Below are positions 47,707-57,117 of a stretch of DNA of 64,000 bases, piece by piece. A program made the translations under genes and the position numbers. Within the stretch, counting starts at the first letter, position 1. Every line of letters begins with the position of its first letter. The notes under the pieces were generated by a model. It searched no databases, was not told where the DNA came from, and saw only the letters and a program-made list of their open reading frames with translations. Source of the stretch: Thermodesulfovibrionia bacterium (GTDB lineage: Bacteria; Nitrospirota; Thermodesulfovibrionia; Thermodesulfovibrionales; SM23-35); the NCBI GenBank assembly GCA_041500225.1, contig JBGQLV010000002.1, positions 5,616 through 69,615 of the forward strand. Reading direction: 5' to 3'.

Positions 47707-49870
47707 CCCGCTTTATATCTCTTTTCTCTGGCATATGCATCAGCCATTTTACAAAGACCCTATGACAGGGCTTTACAGGCTTCCATGGGTTAGGTTTCAC
47801 GGCACAAAGGACTACCTTGATATGGCAGAAATCCTTATTGATTTTCCGTATATAAAACAGACATACAATTTTACACCTTCTCTTCTTGAGCAGATCGTAG
47901 ACTATACAGAAAACAATGCAAAAGACCAATATTTAAATCTCACTCTTAAAAAGGCATCTGAACTGGATATGGAAGAAAAATTCTTTATACTCGAGAATTT
48001 CTTCCTCGCAAACTGGGACAATATGATAAAGCCATTCCCGAGATATTATGAACTACTTATGAAGAGAGGTTTACACTTCATAAGAAACGACCTTATTCGA
48101 GCTATAAGATATTTCAGCGATGGTGATTTTCTCGACCTGCAGGTTCTTTTCAACCTTTGCTGGATAGATCCGCTCTTCAGAAAAAAAGACCCCTTTCTTA
48201 AAATGCTTGTAGATAAAGGCAGAGATTATACAGAAGAAGATAAATATATGCTCATTTCAAAACAATTTTCTATCTTAAAAGAGATAATTCCTCGGTATAG
48301 TGAGATGGTGAAAAGAGGGCAGATCGAACTTTCTGTCTCTCCGTTCTATCATCCCATTCTTCCACTACTTTGTGATACAAGCTCTGCGAGGATTGCCATG
48401 CCTGGTGTAAACCTGCCGCAAAAGAGGTTCTCCCATCCTGAGGATGCAGAAAAACAGATCAGAATGGGCCTAGACTACTTTGAAAGGCTCTTTGGATACA
48501 GGCCTACAGGTATGTGGCCATCAGAGGGCTCTGTTAGCGAAGAGGCTTTAAGGATTGCGTCTAACGAAGGAATAAAGTGGATCGGAACTGATGAAGACAT
48601 CCTTTCAATTTCAATAGGGAAACAACTAAGGGACGCATCGAGGAACGTCATCGAACCAGGTATTCTTTATAAACCATATATATTTGAGAATGTCTCCGTC
48701 ATCTTCAGGGACCATAATCTGTCCGACCTCATCGGTTTTGTATATCCGAAGTGGGATTCAAAAAAAGCAGCAGAGGATTTTATCAGTAAACTTATCCATG
48801 TATGGACCATCATGCCAAAAGATAAACCACAACTTTTATCCATAATACTTGATGGTGAAAATGCATGGGAATATTATAAAAACGATGGACATGACTTTCT
48901 GAGATATCTCTACGAAGGACTGTCTAAAGAAAAAAGATTAAAGACAGTCACGGTATCAGAATACATCAACGAACATGATAAGGGTGAACCTTTGAACAGG
49001 CTTCATGCAGGTTCATGGATCAATGCAAATTATGGTGTATGGATCGGCCATGAGGAAGACAATATAGCATGGGATTACCTCACAGAAACAAGGAATGATT
49101 TAGACATATTCCAGAAGATGAACCCTGAGAAAAACTTAGCAGAGGCATGGAAGGCAATCTATATCGCAGAAGGAAGCGACTGGAACTGGTGGTATGGCGA
49201 TGAACATTCAACAGAAACGCAAAAAGATTTTGACGAACTCTTCAGAACGAATCTGATGAAGGTCTATAAAGAGATTGGGAAAGATGCTCCCCAGCATCTA
49301 TTTATTCCGGTACTCAGAGAAGACAGGAGTATTTCTCCTGCAATCACAATAAGAGGGTTTATAGAACCCAAGATTGACGGCGTTGTAACAAGCTACTACG
49401 AATGGTATCAGGGCGCTCATATGGATATCAAAAAATACGGCGGCAGCATGCACAAGGCAGAAAGCATTTTATCTAATCTTTATTACGGCTTCAACAAAGA
49501 TAATCTTTTCTTGAGAATAGACCCTGCGATTCCATTCATTGAGCTTCCCGATAATACTAAATTTTCTATTAATATAGTAAAACCTTCACAGATTAAAATT
49601 ATAATTTCAGTTAAGCCCTTGTTAAATGCAGAACTTTTCAGAAAGAGCGATGAAAACTGGGAAAAAATAAAAGATATCAGCGATTTTGCGGTTCAGGATA
49701 TTTTTGAGATAGGTATCTCATTTACTGATTTAAATGCCAGGGAAAAAGATGAGATAAACCTGTTCATCTCTATTATTAAAAATGGTGAGGAACTGGAACG
49801 GTGCCCATGGAGAGGGTACATCACACTTACTGTTCCCACGCCTGATTTTGAGGCAATGATGTGGTATTAA
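47696..49870 (+). CDS. glycoside hydrolase family 57 protein (alpha-amylase/branching or amylopullulanase-like)
   Basis: It has GH57 region I (FLWHMHQPFY), later GH57 blocks (GQIELSVSPFYHPILPLL, WPSEGSVS) and ILDGENAWEYY. Confidence 0.85.
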   Translation: MTDSPLYISFLWHMHQPFYKDPMTGLYRLPWVRFHGTKDYLDMAEILIDFPYIKQTYNFTPSLLEQIVDYTENNAKDQYLNLTLKKASELDMEEKFFILENFFLANWDNMIKPFPRYYELLMKRGLHFIRNDLIRAIRYFSDGDFLDLQVLFNLCWIDPLFRKKDPFLKMLVDKGRDYTEEDKYMLISKQFSILKEIIPRYSEMVKRGQIELSVSPFYHPILPLLCDTSSARIAMPGVNLPQKRFSHPEDAEKQIRMGLDYFERLFGYRPTGMWPSEGSVSEEALRIASNEGIKWIGTDEDILSISIGKQLRDASRNVIEPGILYKPYIFENVSVIFRDHNLSDLIGFVYPKWDSKKAAEDFISKLIHVWTIMPKDKPQLLSIILDGENAWEYYKNDGHDFLRYLYEGLSKEKRLKTVTVSEYINEHDKGEPLNRLHAGSWINANYGVWIGHEEDNIAWDYLTETRNDLDIFQKMNPEKNLAEAWKAIYIAEGSDWNWWYGDEHSTETQKDFDELFRTNLMKVYKEIGKDAPQHLFIPVLREDRSISPAITIRGFIEPKIDGVVTSYYEWYQGAHMDIKKYGGSMHKAESILSNLYYGFNKDNLFLRIDPAIPFIELPDNTKFSINIVKPSQIKIIISVKPLLNAELFRKSDENWEKIKDISDFAVQDIFEIGISFTDLNAREKDEINLFISIIKNGEELERCPWRGYITLTVPTPDFEAMMWY

Positions 49871-49888
49871 GTAGTAATCAGTTAATGT

Positions 49889-50332
49889 ATGAAAGCATTA
49901 ATACAGCGTGTTTCTGAGGCAAGAGTTGACATAGAAGGAAATACTGTTGCTAAAATCGGCAACGGCATGCTTGTATTTTTAGGCATTGAAAAGAGCGATA
50001 CAGAAAACGATATTAAATACATAGTTAAAAAAGTATCTACCCTGAGGATATTCGAAGATGCACAGGAGAAGATGAACTTCTCTGTTCAGGACATTAAAGG
50101 TGAGGTTCTTGTCGTATCTCAGTTTACCTTATCTGCTGATTGTAAAAAGGGTAATCGACCTTCATTCGACAGTGCAGAAGAACCGGTAAGGGCAAAAGAT
50201 ATGTATATGAAATTTATAGATAGACTAATAGAAAATAGTCTCAAGGTAGCCACCGGAGATTTTGGTGCCAATATGCAGGTACATCTTATTAACGATGGGC
50301 CGGTGACAATAATGCTGGATTCTAAAAAATAA
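49889..50332 (+). CDS. dtd: D-aminoacyl-tRNA deacylase
   Basis: It begins MKALIQRV, has the VSQFTL motif, ends with GPVTIMLD, and is 147 aa long. Confidence 0.9.
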   Translation: MKALIQRVSEARVDIEGNTVAKIGNGMLVFLGIEKSDTENDIKYIVKKVSTLRIFEDAQEKMNFSVQDIKGEVLVVSQFTLSADCKKGNRPSFDSAEEPVRAKDMYMKFIDRLIENSLKVATGDFGANMQVHLINDGPVTIMLDSKK

Positions 50333-50355
50333 ATAACTCAAATAATGCAAAATGT

Positions 50356-50404
50356 GTCATGATTCCTTGCAGCCGCAGGCCCGAAAGCTTTCGGGGTCGC
50401 GGCT
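50356..50404. repeat. REP-like extended hairpin (possible terminator of dtd) containing CCCGAAAGCTTTCGGG
   Basis: It reads GTCATGATTCC... AGCCGC-AGG-CCCGAAAGCTTTCGGG-GTC-GCGGCT. A T-rich tract (acacttttgtatatttt) follows. Confidence 0.6.
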
Positions 50405-50435
50405 ACACTTTTGTATATTTTGATTTAAGAACAAT

Positions 50436-52649
50436 ATGGCGAAAAACGATTTAAAAGAGCAAATAAAACTTATTATTAACGCAAACCACTGGGACCCGTT
50501 TCAGGTGCTCGGCATTCATATCATTAAGAAAGAAGACAAGAAAGCAGTTACGGTGCGTGCATTTCTTCCTGAGGCTAAAGAGGCATGGGTAGTGGATATA
50601 AATACAAAAGGATTGTATCAGATGGAGAAGATTCACAAGTCCGGCTTCTTCGAATCAATATCTGCTGAAAAGAAAGATGTGTTCCCTTACCGCATCAGGC
50701 TAAAGTCTTATGAAGGAATGATATCAGAGTTTTACGATCCATATTCGTTTATGCCTGTATTAACAGATTTCGATCTTCATCTTTTCGGTGAAGGAAGTCA
50801 TTACAAAAAATATGAGAAGCTTGGTGCCCATATAATGGAAATAAACGGCATAAAAGGTGTTCACTTTGCTGTGTGGGCACCGAATGCAAAACGTGTTAGT
50901 GTTATCGGCGATTTTAATAAATGGGACGGCAGAAGGCATCCAATGAGGGTGCTCGGTTCATCAGGGATATGGGAGATTTTTATACCGGGCTTCAATGAAG
51001 GGGACCTTTATAAATTCGAGATAAAATCGAAGTTTAATAATTATATTGCAGTAAAGTCAGACCCATATGCTTTCTATTTTGAATTAAGGCCAAAGAGCGC
51101 ATCAATTGTTTATGACATGAACAAATATCAGTGGGATGACAGTAAATGGATGGAGATGCGTCCCAAAAAGAACTTATTTGAATCCCCGATATCAATATAC
51201 GAAGTGCATCTCGGCTCATGGATGAGGGTACCTGCGGAAAATAACAGGTGGCTCACTTACAGGGAGACCGCAGACAGACTGATTAGATATGTTAAAGAGA
51301 TGGGGTATACCCATATCGAACTCATGCCTGTAACAGAGCACCCTCTTGATGCATCATGGGGTTACCAGACCATTGGTTATTTTGCTCCCACAAGCAGGTT
51401 TGGGAAACCAGAGGACTTTATGTATTTCGTAGATAAATGTCATCAGGACAATATAGGAGTTATCCTTGACTGGGCCCCTGCCCATTTCCCAACAGATGGC
51501 CACGGACTTGGCTTTTTCGATGGCACATGCCTTTATGAACATGAAGACCCGAGAAAGGGGTTCCATCCTGATTGGGGCACCAAGATATTCAATTACGGAA
51601 GAAATGAGGTAGGAAATTTTCTGCTGTCAAATGCACTTTTCTGGTTTGAGAAATACCATATTGACGGTCTGCGTGTAGATGCAGTGGCATCAATGATTTA
51701 TCTCGATTATTCGAGAAATGAAGGTGAATGGATACCAAATGTATTTGGCGGCAGGGAAAACCTTGAGGCTATCGATTTCCTTAAAAAATTTAATGAGATT
51801 GTCCATCAAAATCATCCCGGCATCCTTACCATTGCTGAGGAATCAACAGCATGGCCAAGCGTCTCAAGACCGACATACCTGGGCGGTCTTGGCTTCTGCA
51901 TGAAATGGAATATGGGCTGGATGAACGATACCCTTGAATACTTTTTAAAGGAACCTGTACACAGGAAGTATCATCAAAACAACCTGACTTTCAGCCTGCT
52001 CTATGCATTTACAGAAAACTTTATCCTTGTCCTTTCACACGATGAGGTTGTTCATGGAAAACGTTCAATGCTAAGCAAAATGCCGGGAGACATGTGGCAG
52101 AAATTTGCAAACCTCAGGCTTCTTTATGGCTTCATGTATAGTCACCCGGGGAAAAAACTGATATTTATGGGTGGAGAATTCGGACAATGGGATGAGTGGT
52201 ACCATGAGAAAAGCATCGATTGGCATCTCCTGAGGCTCACCCCGCACAGGAGTCTTCAAAAGTTTGTCATGGTTCTAAACCACATTTATCAATCTGAACC
52301 AGCCCTTTATGAGGTAGATTTTAACTACCAGGGCTTTGAATGGATAGATTTTCGTGACACTGAAAATAGCATTATATCTTTCATAAGAAAGGCTAAAGAC
52401 CCTGAAAATTTTCTTGTAATCGTCTGTAATTTCACGCCTGTTCCAAGGACAGGGTATCGTATTGGTGTTCCTGAGAATTGCTTTTACAAAGAGATACTGA
52501 ACAGCGATTCACAAATTTACTGGGGCAGCAATCTGGGTAATGCCGGAGGTATAAATGCAGATAAAATTTCATGTCATGGTAAGTCATATTCAATAAACAT
52601 CACTCTCCCGCCTTTATCAGTTTTGATATTTAAGCCAGTTAGAATTTAA
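50436..52649 (+). CDS. glgB: 1,4-alpha-glucan branching enzyme (GH13)
   Basis: It has N-terminal GlgB modules and the GH13 catalytic blocks [25 protein letters not shown] and [10 protein letters not shown]. Confidence 0.95.
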   Translation: MAKNDLKEQIKLIINANHWDPFQVLGIHIIKKEDKKAVTVRAFLPEAKEAWVVDINTKGLYQMEKIHKSGFFESISAEKKDVFPYRIRLKSYEGMISEFYDPYSFMPVLTDFDLHLFGEGSHYKKYEKLGAHIMEINGIKGVHFAVWAPNAKRVSVIGDFNKWDGRRHPMRVLGSSGIWEIFIPGFNEGDLYKFEIKSKFNNYIAVKSDPYAFYFELRPKSASIVYDMNKYQWDDSKWMEMRPKKNLFESPISIYEVHLGSWMRVPAENNRWLTYRETADRLIRYVKEMGYTHIELMPVTEHPLDASWGYQTIGYFAPTSRFGKPEDFMYFVDKCHQDNIGVILDWAPAHFPTDGHGLGFFDGTCLYEHEDPRKGFHPDWGTKIFNYGRNEVGNFLLSNALFWFEKYHIDGLRVDAVASMIYLDYSRNEGEWIPNVFGGRENLEAIDFLKKFNEIVHQNHPGILTIAEESTAWPSVSRPTYLGGLGFCMKWNMGWMNDTLEYFLKEPVHRKYHQNNLTFSLLYAFTENFILVLSHDEVVHGKRSMLSKMPGDMWQKFANLRLLYGFMYSHPGKKLIFMGGEFGQWDEWYHEKSIDWHLLRLTPHRSLQKFVMVLNHIYQSEPALYEVDFNYQGFEWIDFRDTENSIISFIRKAKDPENFLVIVCNFTPVPRTGYRIGVPENCFYKEILNSDSQIYWGSNLGNAGGINADKISCHGKSYSINITLPPLSVLIFKPVRI

Positions 52650-52655
52650 AGAAAC

Positions 52656-53774
52656 ATGAATCCTTTAGAACAAAAAATAATCGGGAAAATCAAAAAAAAT
52701 GGTCCGATCACCTTTGAAACCTTTATGGATATTGTACTCTATGAGCCGGGTCTTGGCTATTATGCATCAGACAAGACAGAGATAGGAAGGGCAGGAGATT
52801 TTTATACAAGCCAGCATCTTCATCCTGCATTCGGTGCAATGATAGGAAAACAGATAGAGGAGATGTGGGAAATAATAGAAAAGCCCGCTGACTTTTATGC
52901 TGTTGAGCCTGGTGCAGGAGCAGGTCTTATGTGCAAAGATGTCCTGGATTATTTGCACAGCAGAGAGGTCTTCAGCTCATTGAAATATGTAATGATAGAA
53001 CCCAGTCCTTTCATGCAGTATAAACAGAAGAAATTGCTTGAAGGCTATTTAGATAAGTTAAAATGGGTCCCTTCATTAAAAGAACTCAGTAATATAAAGG
53101 GCTGTGTCCTTTCTAATGAACTTCTCGATGCATTTCCTGTTCACCTTATAGAAATGGAAGATGAATTGAAAGAGATTTATGTTACGGCTGATAATGATGA
53201 TATTAAAGAAATAAAAGGAGCTCTCAGTACAGATGCGATATCTTATTGTCTCAAAGAATTTTCTATAGAACTTCCCAGGGGATACAGAACAGAGATTAAC
53301 CTCAGGATAAAAGACTGGCTCAAGACCGTTAATGAAGTATTGTCAGAAGGATTTATTTTGACAATAGACTATGGTCATCCTGCGTGGGACTATTATAGCG
53401 AGGATAGAAACAGGGGTACATTACTCTGCTATTACAAACATCAGGTATTTGAAGACCCATATAAGAATATTGGCGAACAGGATATTACAGCACATGTTAA
53501 TTTCTCATCAGTAAAGAAATGGGGAAAAGAATTTGGATTTGAGACACTTGGATTCTGCCGGCAGGGCACTTTTTTTATCGCCCTCGGGATTGACAGGATA
53601 ATTAAAGAACTTTATGAGAATTCCCCAAATTATCTTTTTGAGATTGCAAACATAAAGAGGCTAATTTTTCCGGGGACAATCGGGGAAACGCATAAGGTAA
53701 TGATACAGTATAAGGGTAAGGCCAAACCTTCACTGAGAGGATTTTCCATAAAGAATCAGAAGGATAGGCTTTGA
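52656..53774 (+). CDS. SAM-dependent methyltransferase, DUF185 (MidA/NDUFAF7-like) family
   Basis: It has EPGAGAGLM (SAM loop), LSNELLDAFPVH and DITAHVNFS motifs characteristic of the family. Confidence 0.75.
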   Translation: MNPLEQKIIGKIKKNGPITFETFMDIVLYEPGLGYYASDKTEIGRAGDFYTSQHLHPAFGAMIGKQIEEMWEIIEKPADFYAVEPGAGAGLMCKDVLDYLHSREVFSSLKYVMIEPSPFMQYKQKKLLEGYLDKLKWVPSLKELSNIKGCVLSNELLDAFPVHLIEMEDELKEIYVTADNDDIKEIKGALSTDAISYCLKEFSIELPRGYRTEINLRIKDWLKTVNEVLSEGFILTIDYGHPAWDYYSEDRNRGTLLCYYKHQVFEDPYKNIGEQDITAHVNFSSVKKWGKEFGFETLGFCRQGTFFIALGIDRIIKELYENSPNYLFEIANIKRLIFPGTIGETHKVMIQYKGKAKPSLRGFSIKNQKDRL

Positions 53775-53903
53775 TTGAGTTACAAGTCAACGGCCTGACA
53801 CTTTTCTGCTACTCCAGGATTATTATAAGGCGGATAAGCTAAAATAACATATGAAGAACACCTAAGAGGTGAAATCAATACTCCAAAAGAGGTAAAGCCT
53901 GTC

Positions 53904-54845
53904 ATGGACGAATCCAAATTTGAACAATGTAAAATCGAAATGGAAAAAACAAAAAAGTTCCGTGAAGAAATACCGGGCATTGTTGAAAATCTTGTGCTCT
54001 CGTGTAACACTGAGGATTGTTTCGATCATGTAGATCTGGAACCCCTGCCCTCCAAAGAAGCAGTCATAGATATTATTTATATGGCATGCCGCATTCTCTA
54101 CCCGGGTTACTTTACCCGCACACGTATCGACAAAGTGAACCTGATTTATTACTTTGGACAGGAAGTTACAGCGTTTTTTGAAGCGCTGTCCGAACAGATA
54201 ACCCTCGCAATACGACATGAATGCCGTCGTCATAATATGGCCTGTGTAAACTGCGAAGAACGGGGTCAGGAAATCGCAATTAATTTTACGAATGAGTTTC
54301 CGCGTTTGAGGACTCTTCTCGCTAAGGATATTCGTGCCGCCTATGAAGGTGACCCGGCAGCGAAGAGTTATGACGAGATCATATTCAGTTATCCCGGCCT
54401 TTTTGCCATTACCGTTTACCGGATAGCACATCAGCTTCACGAACAAGGCGTATCATTAATTCCCCGGATCATGTCAGAATATGCACACAGCTTGACCGGG
54501 ATTGATATCCATCCCGGTGCTCATATCGGGAAGAGTTTTTTCATCGATCATGGAACCGGTGTGGTTATAGGTGAGACGACGCAGATTGGTAAACGCGTGA
54601 GGATCTATCAGGGAGTTACGCTTGGAGCCCTGTCTCTTCCAAAAGATGCAGTGGAACAGCTCAGAAACGAAAAGCGCCATCCGACAATTGAAGATGACGT
54701 GGTAATCTATTCAGGGGTTACCATACTCGGTGGGGAAACCATTATAGGTGCCCGTTCAGTAATCGGAGGAAACGTATGGATTACAACTTCAGTACCGCCT
54801 GATACAAAAGTGTTCATGAAAAAACCTGAACTGGTTTTTAAATAA
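53904..54845 (+). CDS. cysE: serine O-acetyltransferase (long form)
   Basis: It has left-handed beta-helix hexapeptide repeats with DIHPGAHIGKSFFIDHGTGVVIGET. It lies immediately upstream of cysK. Confidence 0.85.
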   Translation: MDESKFEQCKIEMEKTKKFREEIPGIVENLVLSCNTEDCFDHVDLEPLPSKEAVIDIIYMACRILYPGYFTRTRIDKVNLIYYFGQEVTAFFEALSEQITLAIRHECRRHNMACVNCEERGQEIAINFTNEFPRLRTLLAKDIRAAYEGDPAAKSYDEIIFSYPGLFAITVYRIAHQLHEQGVSLIPRIMSEYAHSLTGIDIHPGAHIGKSFFIDHGTGVVIGETTQIGKRVRIYQGVTLGALSLPKDAVEQLRNEKRHPTIEDDVVIYSGVTILGGETIIGARSVIGGNVWITTSVPPDTKVFMKKPELVFK

Positions 54846-54851
54846 AACATT

Positions 54852-55784
54852 ATGTCACAGATTTACCATGATATTACCCAAACAATAGGTGCTACGCCTT
54901 TAGTAAGGCTGAACTGGATTACAGAAGGGCTTCATGCGACAATCCTGGCTAAACTTGAATTCAAGAATCCTTTGGGAAGCGTGAAAGACCGTATCGGTCT
55001 TGCCATGATAAAGGCAGCAGAAGAGCAGGGCCTTATTAAAAACGATACGCTTATCGTAGAACCAACGAGCGGGAATACAGGGATTGCCCTTGCTTTTGTG
55101 TGTGCGACCAGAAAATACCGCCTGATTTTGACCATGCCCGAGACAATGAGTATCGAAAGGAGAAAACTCCTCAAGCACCTTGGCGCAGAGATAGTTCTTA
55201 CACCGGGAAGTGAAGGTATGAAAGGGGCTATCAATAAGGCCGGGGAAATACTATCTCAGAACCCGCATGCCTTTATGCCCGATCAATTCAGCAATCCGGC
55301 AAATCCCGAAATTCACCGCAGGACAACTGCAGAAGAGATCTGGCGGGACACCGATGGAGGTGTTGATATCTTCATTTCCGGGGTAGGAACAGGCGGCACT
55401 ATCACAGGAGTTGCAGAAGCAATAAAAGAGCGGACCCCATCCTTTAAGGCAGTTGCGGTTGAACCTGCTGACTCACCTGTACTGTCCGGTGGTAAACCTG
55501 GACCTCATAAGATTCAGGGTATCGGAGCAGGCTTCATTCCTAAAGTGCTGAATACCAAAATCATTGATGAGATTATCACGGTAACGAACGATCAGGCCTT
55601 TGAAACAGCCAGGGCTGTAGCTAAAATTGAAGGAATCTTGTGCGGCATTTCTTCCGGTGCAGCTGTTTGGGCTGCTCTTCAAATAGCCATGCGTCCTGAA
55701 AACAAAGGGAAGCAGATCGTGGTTATATTGCCGAGTACCGGCGAGCGCTATTTGAGTACAGATTTGTTCAAAGATTCATTATAG
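54852..55784 (+). CDS. cysK: cysteine synthase A (O-acetylserine sulfhydrylase)
   Basis: The PLP-lysine context is NPLGSVKDR. It also has [11 protein letters not shown] and [10 protein letters not shown]. Confidence 0.9.
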   Translation: MSQIYHDITQTIGATPLVRLNWITEGLHATILAKLEFKNPLGSVKDRIGLAMIKAAEEQGLIKNDTLIVEPTSGNTGIALAFVCATRKYRLILTMPETMSIERRKLLKHLGAEIVLTPGSEGMKGAINKAGEILSQNPHAFMPDQFSNPANPEIHRRTTAEEIWRDTDGGVDIFISGVGTGGTITGVAEAIKERTPSFKAVAVEPADSPVLSGGKPGPHKIQGIGAGFIPKVLNTKIIDEIITVTNDQAFETARAVAKIEGILCGISSGAAVWAALQIAMRPENKGKQIVVILPSTGERYLSTDLFKDSL

Positions 55785-55832
55785 ATTCATACTGCCTAAT
55801 AGAAATACCTCAACGTTAACCCACCGTTCAAA

Positions 55833-56069
55833 TCAAGGCCTAACACTATTCTCCTGATTTCCTTTAATAATAATTTTATGCCCCTCAAATTCAACAAGTT
55901 GCCCTTTGCGTACTTTATAGCGCTTACGTAATTCCACATTACCATTAACCCTGACACGACCGTCAGCGATCACAGTTTTTGCTATACCTCCGCTATCGCA
56001 TAGCCCCATGACTTTCAAAGGGTTATTTAATTCGATAAATTCATTGTTTCCCAAATTAAACTCTTTCAT
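55833..56069 (-). CDS. S4-domain RNA-binding protein (YbcJ-like)
   Basis: The 78-aa ORF has IELNNPLKVMGLCDSGGIAKTVIADGRVRVNG...RKGQLVEF, typical of small S4-fold proteins. Confidence 0.7.
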   Translation of the reverse strand: MKEFNLGNNEFIELNNPLKVMGLCDSGGIAKTVIADGRVRVNGNVELRKRYKVRKGQLVEFEGHKIIIKGNQENSVRP

Positions 56070-56378
56070 CGATTATCCCTGCAATATTATTCGGCACACC
56101 TCTCGTTACTTTTTTAAACTAACGATTACCACTTGTGCCTGGCACAATTATATCATGGTTGATAGATGCGGAAGAAAGTGAGTGAAAAAGTGTTTGCTCG
56201 CCGTCGAGGTACCATTTTACTTGTTTCACCTGCTAATAGAGAGTTACGGCACATGACGAAATATGATAATTTTCATTTGAACTATTGTGTTTCCATGAGC
56301 ACTAAGTAGCATTGTAAGGAAGTAACTAAATATTGTGACCTGAACCTACAGCAGCCAACTATTTGCAATAAACAAGTC

Positions 56379-56412
56379 TGACCCCCTTCCTCCCCTGACC
56401 CCCTTCCTCCCC
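56379..56412. repeat. tandem direct repeat TGACCCCCTTCCTCCCC x2
   Basis: Two exact adjacent 17-nt copies lie at 56379..56395 and 56396..56412, upstream of the promoter-like element. Confidence 0.85.
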
Positions 56413-56457
56413 TTCTCAAATATTTTACTGTTAGCAATTTTACATTTGTATTTTCCC

Positions 56458-56486
56458 TTGACAAAGGGGGATATCGCGTGAATAAT
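56458..56486 (+). promoter_or_regulatory. sigma-70-like promoter (TTGACA-17 nt-AATAAT) upstream of the cas relics / cas operon
   Basis: TTGACA lies at 56458..56463. A 17-nt spacer ending in TG follows, then AATAAT at 56481..56486. The whole element lies 18 nt before the cas6-fragment ATG. Confidence 0.4.
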
Positions 56487-56503
56487 CTATCTTGTGTGAA
56501 CGT

Positions 56504-56653
56504 ATGAAAACACATCCTGTCACATTAGGTGTTTTTCAATTTACCATAAACCCCCTCGAACCTCTTATTCTACCCCCATATAAAGGCGCTACCCTGCGAG
56601 GCGGGTTCGGATATGCCTTTAATTGTGTTGTCTGTGCGATCAAGGACAAATAA
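56504..56653 (+). pseudogene. cas6: truncated cas6-like (RAMP endoribonuclease) 5' fragment, 49 codons
   Basis: The translation is MKTHPVTLGVFQFTINPLEPLILPPYKGATLRGGFGYAFNCVVCAIKDK*. The segment PPYKGATLRGGFGYAF matches the N-terminal signature of Cas6-family RAMP proteins as I recall it. It stops far short of a full Cas6 (over 200 aa). Confidence 0.55.
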
Positions 56654-56869
56654 TATCCCCTACTAATTTTGGTAGGTTATTTTACAGATACCGGCAGGAT
56701 AGACTTTGGCAACTTGTGAAATCCGTGTACATATCTCACTTAAACCTAAAAATCGTCACCCCGGGGATTTTTAAAAGTATTTCAGAGAATACGTCGAATA
56801 ATTCCTGTTGAGAGATACAGAGATTTGGTCAGATTGGTTGCTAAGGGAGCAGCCTAAGATTTAAAGGGG

Positions 56870-57117
56870 ATGAATTGCAAAAGTTTTATGCCCATAGCAT
56901 TGACGGAAGGCCGGTTGATGACTGGCACCGGCTTGTCGAAGACTCGTAGAGAGGAGCACGAGGGGACTGTCCCAGATTTACGGACGGAGCGAAGCGGAGT
57001 CGTAGAATCGGGACTGTCCCCGGCCAAGAGGGACGTGGCAAATTTCGCGGTAGAATTCGGTTGCGGGGAGTGGGGACGAATAGCGGGGCTGTGGCATGAT
57101 TTGGGGAAGGGAGATAA
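56870..57117 (+). pseudogene. cas3: degenerate cas3 HD-domain 5' fragment (frameshifted, with stop), abutting the intact cas3
   Basis: One frame gives QKFYAHSIDGRPVDDWHRLVEDS* (56878..56949). The +1 frame continues EEHEG...VANFAVEFGCGEWGRIAGLWHDLGK up to 57109. This parallels the intact Cas3 N-terminus FYADG...AFGCEAWGALLGDWHDLGK. An 11-nt direct repeat GGGACTGTCCC lies at 56963..56973 and 57010..57020. Confidence 0.65.

Noticed and set aside
47696-52649. GH57 enzyme next to GH13 GlgB as an unusual glycogen locus
   Set aside because: Co-occurrence of GH57 and GH13 glycogen enzymes is common in anaerobes and thermophiles. Both genes look intact and ordinary.
53862-54446. 194-aa ORF antisense to cysE
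   Set aside because: It overlaps cysE, which has clear hexapeptide-repeat evidence. The antisense translation has no motif and an odd composition.
56070-57117. Search for a CRISPR array or leader upstream of cas3, and also at 63166..63299
   Set aside because: There are no regularly spaced 28-37 nt direct repeats. Only a 2x17-nt tandem repeat (56379..56412) and gene relics are present. Any array must lie outside this window.
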